Below, piece by piece: positions 13,523 through 24,400 of a stretch of 64,000 nucleotides of DNA. The DNA comes from Stylophora pistillata. Taxonomy: Eukaryota. The translations under genes were made by a program, and so were the position numbers. Under the pieces are notes generated by a model. The model did not search any database, had not been told where the DNA came from, and saw only the letters and a program-made list of their open reading frames with translations. The stretch covers positions 6,207-70,206 of the forward strand of contig NW_019218336.1 in NCBI RefSeq assembly GCF_002571385.2, read 5' to 3'. The number at the start of each line of letters is the position of its first letter. The stretch's first letter is position 1.

Positions 13523-14169
13523 AGTTTGGAGACTCTAGTATCTATTCTACAGACCTGACTATGGGCCGAATAAACCATCGACCTATTGACCAACCCACCA
13601 GTCAGTTTACCTAAAAAAAATGTTGTGTATGGATCGAGTTCTGCAAAGTTACAGATCGCTGATCATTTTTGTCGTACCTCACAGATGTAAATGAATGTAA
13701 TACAGGAGTCCACTCTTGTGAACATAAGTGCCACAACACACCTGGCTCTTATGGCTGTTCATGTTTCTATGGTTACAAACAAAGGGCCGACATGCGAACC
13801 TGTGAAGGTAGGTTATAACTGCTACCTCAGAACAGATTCAGCTGATAAATGGTTGTTTTCAGAGTCCATCAGCGAGTACGAGACCTCGAAATAAATGTTA
13901 TTGAGCAATGGGTACAAAAGAATTAGGCCTCCAGGAATGTGTAGACATCTGCAATTACCGAGCTTTGAAAATTTTTCCCCTCGCCCTTATTTAGGACTTC
14001 CTTGTGAGAATATAAAAGCCCCACCTCATGGTCACATGACCTGCAGCGGATTTGTCACAAATGAGACATGTTTGTTTACGTGCGAGGATGGATATGAAAT
14101 GCAAGGTTCGGAGAAAAGAACTTGCCTCAATTCTTCAAAGTGGGACGGACAGCAAACATCCTGCAAAGG

Positions 14170-14180
14170 TAACAACAATG

Positions 14181-14221
<41 letters not shown>

Positions 14222-15497
14222 TTAACATTTATATTGCGCAAATTAACATGTAGATATGATCAAATGCGCATCACAACCCTTTTCGGGGGACTTTGGCCGG
14301 ACTGCATCAGCAGTTTACAAACAATCGAAGGAAACTTATTTGAAGATGCCCCCTCCCCCCCAATTTCCAGTAAACAGACCAGACCACATCACAGTAATCT
14401 CGTGAGTGGGTTCTTTAACGTCCCCTGCCTAACCAAATAGCTGCAGGTGACGGGACCTACGGTTTATTCGTCCTTATCCGAGAAGACTAGAATGTCTATC
14501 CATTTCTTGATATCATAGAAAGGTAGCGCATTCTCCTCAGTAAAAAAATACCAAAGCTTAACGAACTTTTTGCATACCGATCCAATGGCTGAACACTTTT
14601 CAGATTTTCACTATAATATGTGGTGGGAAGGAAGTACAAACATTTCCCTGAAAAATACAAGTAATTTTACAATCAACATGAAAATGACTGGCCTAGTTTT
14701 CTCATTCGTAGCAGATTTCAGCAGGGTGAGTATTCAGTCTTGTCTTGTAGCTAGCACAAAATAGAGTAGAGAGTTCAATTTCATCTTAAGGTTACCGATA
14801 CCCAGACACCCTGGAAACTAAAGAAAACCATGCATCGCTTTGATTTAGCACAAGAAATTTATCAAAATGGCTTAGTTCCAGATTATTTACGGAAAAATTT
14901 TGTTAAAGGTTGAGCAGTTCACAACAAGAACACAACGGACATTGTGCCACCAATGTATATTGTCAAAAGAAATTAATAGTTTTAAGCGGCAGCCTTTTAA
15001 CATTGTTTCATACGAGATAATTTTGAATATAGTTTGAATAACTGTGTGCGTGTCTATGTATATATTTTGGAGAGCTATTTAGTGCAACGTAATGAATCGG
15101 TTTGGGCGTCGGAATCATATCGGAGATCACATGAGGCTCCAAAATGGAGGGTTTCAACTTTATCTTAAGGCTGCAATGTCCTCGTGAGAATTACAGGATA
15201 ATCCTTAGTCCTGATTTGTCTTTTAGTTACTCACCAGATACTTTTCTCAGCAAATCAAGAGTATTTTCCATGGATCAGTCGAGCTTACTTTATACATACA
15301 AGCGCTTGGCGAGAAGCTTTCACTATCGTCGTCCTTATCCGAGAAGACTAGAATGTCTATCCATTTCTTGATATCATAGAAAGGTAGCGCATTCTCCTCA
15401 GTTATTTTAAGACCTTGAGTGTTGGTCCGGCTGGGGCTCGAACCATCGACCTCGACCTCCCGCACAACAGTCCGGCGTTCTAACCAATTGAGCTAAT
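14170..15497 (-). mobile_element. tRNA-derived SINE with Nin/Deu-like central domain and (ATT)n tail, interrupted by an insertion
   Basis: Minus strand reads TAGCTCAATTGG (A box) ... GGTTCGAGCC (B box) ... ctcggataaggacgaataaaccgtaggtcccgtc ... ggacgttaaagaacccac (resembles the Nin/Deu domain, recognised from memory) ... (ATT)n at ~14180-14220. Partial related copy near 59950-60195. Confidence 0.75.
14543..15325 (+). repeat. Near-identical copy of 17661-18442 (exon end, full intron, exon start) flanked by a 74-bp direct repeat
   Basis: About 3 differences over ~780 bp. Flanks 14468-14541 and 15329-15402 are identical. Confidence 0.9.
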
Positions 15498-18400
15498 GAC
15501 AGTTAAATGGTCAGCAGCTTCTAAGACTTCTCAGTTTTCCCTCTCTTTTCTTTCCGTGATATCTTTTCTACATGTTTGCTTCTTTCTCTAGAAAATCCTT
15601 TTGTTTATCATCTCCTGTTTCACGATCATTTTCTACGATAGAAATATCTTTTATGTGTGAAGAGTTCGTCACCGGCACCATTCAGATGTTTCCACTTACG
15701 CTGACATTTCATTAATACACGCGTTATTGTTAATCCCATAACTCAACACAGTGAAAAGTTGTGGTCGACTACATCCACCAGAGAAAGGCAAAGTTCTTCT
15801 CCCTTGTCACGTGACGTTTGGATCCACCTGCACACTTGACTGTATAGAAGGATACGTTTCCTTTGACAGCAACATTGCAACTTGCCGGCTTACAAATTCC
15901 AGTGACGTGGCATGGGACATAGGAAACTTTACGTGCAAAGGTACGAGGTATCCCGAGAAAATGGGCATTGATTGGAGAATTCATATCGTAGCAAAAACGT
16001 GCTCTGAACCCCTGTTACCTTCTTGGAAAACCTTACTCGGAGCAAAAAAAGTACACGACATATATGTAAAGACGAATTAGTTGTATCACTAAGTTAATGT
16101 TGATGATGTAAACTGGCCACCGTAAGGAGATTCTTGTAAAAGCTGACGCTTCGAGCGCTAGTCTTTCGTCAGCGAATACGGTGGCGAGTTTGTACTATCA
16201 ATTTAGTTCATTAAAACGAATAATCTTGTAATACCCCTCACAGACGCAGCACCGCAGTTTCTTCAGAAACCTACCCTCCTTATATATTTGAAGAATTTGC
16301 TTGATCGACTTATTCCCGAACGCCTATGCCAGTGCTCTTAGGGTACTGAATTTTTACATTTAAAGGAGACCTTTTAGTTAAGATGTCATTCCTCCGCGAA
16401 ATATTCAGTAATTTGTTCTTTTACCCGTTTGCTAAGTATCGTAATTTAAGTCTGTTTTAATTCAATCTAGAGATAAATCTTTGCAAGCCCAATCCCTGTC
16501 AGCATGGTGGAAGATGCATTCTTATCGATTCACAAAAATATTCATGTGATTGTCAGGATACTAGGTATGAAGGGAATCTCTGTGACCGAGGTGTTGTTAC
16601 ACTTCCTGATTTCCCAAAACTAATTCCTGGAAGATCTTCGGAAGATCTTTCATTACTTGCGAAACCTGACAATGTATTGACTGTTTTCTTCGATGCAACC
16701 CTGAAAATGACCTTCCATCCGAAGAGAATGATGATTCACTATCCATCAGATCAAGCCCAGTTTGAGGTGATTGGACACGAGTCTGGAGTTGGTATAGTGT
16801 CATATGACTTCACTGGGATGGACAAGCATAGTTTTGCGTCTCCCAAGGATAGCTCAGTCTTTGTTGGTTTGAACATATCAAATGTAAACAGTATCTTCAC
16901 CAAACTGGGCCTTTTGAATGGCGAAGTACCAATCGGATTCCAAACGAAGAAACTAGAGAACTTCCCATGTGGGCTAAAAATAGCCTACCACTCCTCCTCT
17001 ACCCCGCCAAATGATGTTCTCATCGAGTCAGGGCCTGTTCACATTATTACAGCCGACAACAAAACAATTCCTCTGAGTCTTGTGGGATACAATTTCGATT
17101 CCCCTAATCAATCGGGTCAAGAATCAGACTTGCTGAAAACACTTATCACTCAGACAAGCATCACCAACGCGGGCCCGATAGGCCAAACATCAAGCAAAAT
17201 GTGCTCCTTTAAGCCAACAGCAGAAGCTTTGATTGAATTAATACAGGAAGACGCCTTTCCAAAGTCTTTCATGCGATACTTGACTGACCTGCTACCATTA
17301 TGGATACGAATTACGGTTAAAGACGACAACACTTTATTTTCCGCAGAAAACATTCGAGCCGACCTCGTTCAAATCGCAAGCACGCAGAATACTTACCTGG
17401 ATTGCAAGTTTCCTCCCCTTAATGTCCCCACTGCAATGGTCATATATCGTCCGAAAGTCACTTTTACCATCTCCACTGGAGGAAGGAAGATTTCTTTGCC
17501 CAGCAAAGGTTGTTGTTTTGCAACCGACCCTTGCGTTAGTGCAGTGTTCCTGGCGTTATCCGAAAAAGCTGGCAAAGAAATTGGCAAGATGTGCGTTTTG
17601 AAGGAGTTGACTGATAATGGCTGGGATATCCTGTTAACATCTTTTGGTTTCACCGCTCCCAAAAAATACCAAAGCTTAACGAACTTTTTGCATACCGATC
17701 CAATGGCTGAATACTTTTCAGATTTTCACTATAATATGTGGTGGGAAGGAAGTACAAACATTTCCCTGAAAAATACAAGTAATTTTACAATCAACATGAA
17801 AATGACTGGCCTAGTTTTCTCATTCGTAGCAGATTTCAGCAGGGTGAGTATTCAGTCTTGTCTTGTAGCTAGCACAAAATAGAGTAGAGAGTTCAATTTC
17901 ATCTTAAGGTTACCGATACCCAGACACCCTGGAAACTAAAGAAAACCATGCATCGCTTTGATTTAGCACAAGAAATTTATCAAAATGGCTTAGTTCCAGA
18001 TTATTTACGGAAAAATTTTGTTAAAGGTTGAGCAGTTCACAACAAGAACACAACGGACATTGTGCCACCAATGTATATTGTCAAAAGAAATTAATAGTTT
18101 TAAGCGGCAGCCTTTTAACATTGTTTCATACGAGATAATTTTGAATATAGTTTGAATAACTGTGTGCGTGTCTATGTATATATTTTGGAGAGCTATTTAG
18201 TGCAACGTAATGAATCGGTTTGGGCGTCGGAATCATATCGGAGATCACATGAGGCTCCAAAATGGAGGGTTTCAACTTTATCTTAAGGCTGCAATGTCCT
18301 CGTGAGAATTACAGGATAATCCTTAGTCCTGATTTGTCTTTAGTTACTCACCAGATACTTTTCTCAGCAAATCAAGAGTATTTTCCATGGATCAGTCGAG

Positions 18401-21400
18401 CTTACTTTATACATACAAGCGCTTGGCGAGAAGTTTTCACTAACGTTTTACGCCAACAGTGTGGTGGCAAAGTCACAGCTCGGAGGTAAATATAAACAAT
18501 GCTTTCATTTCATTTTATTTTGTTTTCGTTTTGAGTACCTCAGTTTTTGTCTTGTTGTTGATCCTGATGTCTCCCTTCTCCTTGTTATCGTTCCTTTCTT
18601 TTCGGTTTTGACTAGTTCAGCTTTTGCCTTTTTCATGATCTTGATGGTTTGTTGCTAATTCATTGCATTTGCTTTACTAACAGTAGCCTCCTTGACAGGA
18701 CCACCCCTTCTCTCATCGGAATGCCACGCTCAGCAAGGATTCACCTTTACCCTAGATCGAGAAAGCGAACCTTTTAAGAACAGCAAATTTTTAACCATTG
18801 TTAGACCCAATGGAGGCATAAAATATTTGCAAATCTACTACTCTATTAACGGTGGAGAAGATATCGCAGCATAGGATCCTAACAACAGCTTGAGATCTTT
18901 GGAATATCAGACGCAAGACATAAAGAGGGTCTTTTTAGATGTTCAGATATTTGTTCCTGAATTGCAAGAAACAACTCAAAGGTGGACTCCATATTTGGAA
19001 GAGACACTCGTTAATGTCATCAAAGCTCGAAATTTGCTCTCCTCATCCTCAGATCTCTTGAAAATAAAACAACTGGTTGCAGAGATTGACGACGATCTTG
19101 ACAAGATACCGAGAGTCCTTGATCTCCTCATAGCCAGGTCACAGCCGTACAGGAATCGTTCAAACATTGAAAATGCCATCAGTCGCCTTCTCATACTCAA
19201 ATCAGACCTTCCAATGACCATCTCTCTGGTATTCACTCAGTCGTTCATTCGGCAATCTTTTGCTGGTGTTCGTTTTGCCCTTGTGGCACAGATTTGTCAC
19301 AAAAGACTCTGTTTCACCAACATCAACTGTAATGTTTGGTTCCTGACCGAGAACAACTGTTTAACCAATAGTTGTGGTATAGAGAGTGGTGTAATCGTCG
19401 AAGGAACTGCCTTGAGAGACACACCTCTTGGTACTACAATATCATTCCCTGCCCGAGGACCACTGAGAATGCTAATAAGCCGTAAAAATGAGCCACACCA
19501 GACTACATTTGAGTGTTTCGTTCGATTATTAGGAATGACCAAAAACACAAGCATACGAATGGTTGGAAATGAGCTCTTTTTTTCCATCTCGGGACCCATT
19601 TTTGGAAGATTCGAGTCGCTTTTAAATGTTACAACTGAGTTTGAAAATGTTGTGGAGTGGAAATCCTTACTGTTTGAAGTGAGGGGCACCATGAACAAGT
19701 CATCAGGTTTTCATATGATGCTGGAGAGTAAGATTACCAACGAGAATACTCTTGCAGCCAAAGAGGCAACTAGCAGATTGAGGAAGGCGAAGGCGGCCTT
19801 CAGTGCTGCCAAAATTAAAGCAGATGCAGTCAGGAAAATTCTAAAAGAAAAACAGACGATCGCCGAGCAGCTGAGAGGTGAAAAGGAAAGAGCTGCAAAG
19901 GATCTTCGTGTGGCACGTTTGCAATATCAGTTGGCAAAGCTGCGTTTCAATAACACGGTCTACCTTCATCGACATGTTCTAAATCCTGTGTGTGAAATAA
20001 GAGAGTGCAACTACACTTGTTTGAACGGCTGTGTTCACCCCACCTTCTGCCAGGACCCGATAAACATAACTTATCTTGAGCGATACTGTTACACTGTTGA
20101 CAAACCAATGACAGTCAAAGTTGTGGAAAGCAGCACTAAAAAAAAACGTAGTTTCGTTTTGCAGACGTATCATACCGTGTATACTGGAAACTGTAATTAT
20201 ACTATGAAGGGATTTCCGGCTGGAACGCTTGCTGGAGGCTTTATTGGCAGTGTGTTTGGACCCAAAGGAATAGAACTCGGAGCGGTTATTGGGGCATTGA
20301 TTGATGCGATTGGTGAAGATGTTGTTGGAAAGTTGAGCAAGGAAATATTTGGCTGTTCTAACACTTACGAGACAGTTCGTGGTGAACCGCGGCTTGTGGA
20401 GTACGAACAGAAGAGTTTCAAGTTGAAAGCTGTAGTCAAGATGATCAAGGAAGTTAAGTGCTCAGGCCAACAAGAGAAAACGAAACCTGGTGGATTCGGT
20501 CCTCCTTACCCCTGCTGCAAGCGATATGGATGCCAAACCAAAGTCATCGATCCTCTTTGTGTCAAACACAACGAGGATTGCTTTATGTCAATGACTGAGC
20601 TCAAATTTACGTTTGATGCCTTGAATGAAACTTTCCAATATGCCTTCCTGAATCTTAGGGAATCCGTTGACAAGGTTAAAGAGGCTACAGCTGTTTACGA
20701 GAGCGCCAGAATTCGTCATGAGGCAGCACTTAACGTGCTGCAAAAAGTAAAATCTTACACAGAGCAGAGCCTATCAGCGGTAAAAATTGTCAATGCTTCC
20801 AGGCTTCATGTTCGCCGAATCGTTGACTTTGGATTGAAAATATCCCAAGCTTTGAACGCCACCAATTCGAAAGGTAATAAAACTGTAGATGTTGGAGACC
20901 TTACATATTCCATAACCACGGCTTCAGAAGATACAAAAAAGATTCTTTTTCGATGCAACGTAAGCTCTACCAATAGTCAATCAACGTTGGTCTCTTTTGT
21001 AGTTGACTTCGATCAAGTCGAACGCTCAATCAGTTCTGCTTCCAAGACGATCCTTAGCAAGCTGTTTGGTGGAACATCCTCCAGAAAAAAGCGAAGTGCT
21101 CCAGAGGAACAGAGTCACTTTCAAAATTACACATATATAAAGACCTTACATATCAGCTTCACTGATTACCCTTATGCATGCCAGTTTGCCAATTCAACGT
21201 ATTTGTTCCTGAACTCCATTCTTCACTCACTGGATAATCTTATTTCAGCTGCTAAAGGACTGGATGAAGAGCTATCTTCTGGGTTCCAAGTCCTTGACAG
21301 AATGACAAACACCATTCGTGGTAGCAGCTCATCCAACAATTTGTCGTGTAATTTCAACATTTCCAACAGTTCCTCGAGTAGTTCGTGTCAGACTACCTCG

Positions 21401-24400
21401 TTCGTGTCAGACTACCTGGAGATGATAGAACTCCTTAAAAATGAGAGTTCCCAAGTTAGAAATGACTCTTCACAATCTTGGAATGAAACTTTTGAGGCCT
21501 GGAGGGTATTCCTCGAGGTATTCACCCATAATAGCGAATTCCAAGAGTGTTCAGGTGCCATTGACTGTCTCGAATACCTTTTTGAAGGGTTAAGGGAATT
21601 TTACGAATTTGAAAACAGTCCACAGGCCCTAAGAATAAAAGACGCACTTCCTGAGCTAAAAGACATTTTAATGGCATTAACGTCTGAAGCCTTGACAATG
21701 CCAGAAACTGAAAACACGTTCCAAAAGGCTGTTTTTTAGCTGAATGAAATCCGTGACGATTCCGTCTTGTGTGGTGGAACGCCATACATAAACTCTTCAC
21801 CTCAAAAGGAAATCATTGTCCTGGCCGGAGAAAGTTTATTGTTGCGTTGCACTGCTAAAAGTGAAGCTGAGATAAAGTATGCTTGGATGAGGAATGATAA
21901 GCTCGTTAACGAATCACTGGATGGAATTTTCTATGTAAGCGCTATCAGCAAACAACACGAAGGTGCTTATCTCTGTGTCGCTTCAAACAATAAAGGCAGT
22001 TCATTTTCTAACGTCACGATCGTCCAAGTTCATAACAAACCCAGCATCACTTTACATCCGCAACCACAAAGGGTAATTGTTGACAGTGAAATGCCTGCGA
22101 CATTCATTTGTAATGCGACGGGTGAGCCAGCACCTACTTTTCAATGGTTTTTTATAACCATCAATTTGACTGTTGCAAAAGTAAACGAGACGAGGCCTGT
22201 GTTACACATGCCTCGACTTCGCCAACATCAAGATGGTTATTACTACTGTGAGGCATCCAACGAGCATGGTGTGGCAATCAGTCAGAAGGCCCGGCTTGAC
22301 GTACTAGGCTACTCTGTGGGTCTTCCCAGGCTGCTTTTGGCCATGAATATTTCCTCTCCGTGCTGGCAGGCATCAAAAGCCTCCAACAGTTCTGTGCACG
22401 AAGCCCCGTCATGCAATTCCAGCTTCATGAAAGCTCTGTCGTCATCAGAAAACGAGACCTTGACCGATAACATTCTTCTTTCCTTAGCAAGATCACTTAA
22501 TTTGTCCATTGAGTTTATCTCCGAGCTTGAGTACGGCTCAAGAAACGATCACATCGCCACCATAGCATTTATATTAGATATCGATAAAGAGGCTTGGAAA
22601 CAATTCAATTTTACACGGCCCATGCATATAGTTGAAGCCGTCGCTGATGTTGGTGCTAATCTGATTAAGAAAGCGGAACTGCTCAATTCTAGCATACTGA
22701 ACAAGACTTTTGAGGTGCCTTGGAACAACACCGTTGTTTATGGAGATCCTGGAAGCCTTCTTGTTTACCCTCTCTCTCCGAAATGTCCCGATGGACAGGC
22801 CCTCCACGAAAATGGTTACATTTGTGGTAAGCATAATATCGACTTTAAACCATCTCTTATAAATTGGCTCAGAATTAGAGCTAGAGACAGAGTTGGAAAA
22901 AGTTCTGCTAATACCTCATCCCAAACACTACAGCCCTGTCTCAAACTGCAAACAATTTTAGCCAACGTTGTGGAATCTGGTGGGATCTTTCACGACTTAG
23001 ACTTCAGCTTTAAGTTCAGTTGTATTCGAACTTATACTTACTGACTGTTATAAAAAGCCCCTCTCTGATGTATTTTTTGAGGCTTTATTTGCTTTACCCT
23101 CTTAGCGTACGTGTTAACCATAAGACTTGCTTCATAAAGAATTTCTGAATTGTCTGATCCACTTTTTTAACATGCAGTGTCTTTATCTCCTTAGCAAACT
23201 GTCCGGCTGGCTCATCATATGTAGAGGAGAATGAAACATGCGCAGAATGTCCGTTTGGAACTTACCAGCCTGTGCAAGGACAAACAAGATGTATTTCCTG
23301 TGGCAAAAACCTCACCACAGCCTTCAATGGAACAGTGGAACAATCAGATTGTATTGGTAATATCAAATATATATATTTTAACTCGGTTTAATTCAGGTGA
23401 CATTCTTGGCTTTGTAAAGCAAAAAGTATTCCAGCAAGTGTAATATATTGTATTTCACTTCCGTCAACCGAAAAATACCTTCTGTGGTCTTCCCTGCTTC
23501 AAAATAGGCACAGTGAATGTTAAAAATGTCTGAACATCAACGGATTTTTAGAAGCTTATAATGGAGATGAAGGAATATTACAAAAATTTAAGAAGTCAAA
23601 ATCAACCAATCGGGTTAGTAAAAAGCTATTCGTGAAATCAATCTCTGATGAATAAAATCCAAGTATCTCCGTTGTTTTCGTCAAAGTAGGCTTACAATTG
23701 CCCAACCTGCTTTTGTATTCCGGGTTTTCTATTTCATTTCTTACTTCGTTCGAAAGCTCACCGACTCTGAGGTAAACATACCATTAATTTCACTTTTTTC
23801 TCTATCCTGTACTCCTTCAGCTGATTGTCCAGCTGGTTCCTACAGCGCAAAGAACAGAACATGCTTTTTGTGTCCGCTTGGCATGTACCAACCATCCCCA
23901 GGGAAGTTAGTTTGTCTTTCTTGCAGCAAAAACCAAACAACAATTAACACTGGTACTGTGGGAGAAATGCACTGTATTGGTAAGTTAATACTCGTCACAT
24001 TTTGAGTTCATATGGTGGGCGATTGAAGATATAATTTCTGGCCACAAAACGTTAGCAAATTGGCTGGCATGTACACTTCCTATTCCTTTCATGTTACGTT
24101 TTGTCAAGAGAGGTTTAAGTCCTCTTTTGGTTGTGTGTAGTACTGAATTCACCGAAAGAGGAAAAACGATAAAGACGAAATCACGATTGGTTGTAGTTTT
24201 AATTGATTGATTCAAAGGAGGTGCAGGCTTACGAGACAATTCTCATTACTTCTGACAAAATTACTCCAAGAAAAAAGCCTCTCCGGCAGAAGAAACGTCG
24301 ACAAATTATAAGAGAAAGGGAAGAATTTTTTCCGCAGTTATGTAGTAACTAACGATGGGTATTTTTTCATCTTTGTTGTATTGACTGTTCCGAGTCTTCA

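Noticed and set aside
14170-14222. Poly-Asn / poly-Leu ORFs (13895..14440 +, 14032..14241 -)
   Set aside because: An (AAT)n microsatellite in the intron, which is the SINE tail, not coding sequence.
15420-15497. tRNA gene
   Set aside because: It has A and B boxes but no proper cloverleaf, and it continues into a SINE body.
18976-22834. Antisense ORFs over the giant exon (and similar ones over FHIP1 and METTL7 exons)
   Set aside because: Expected shadows of long coding frames, with no independent motifs.
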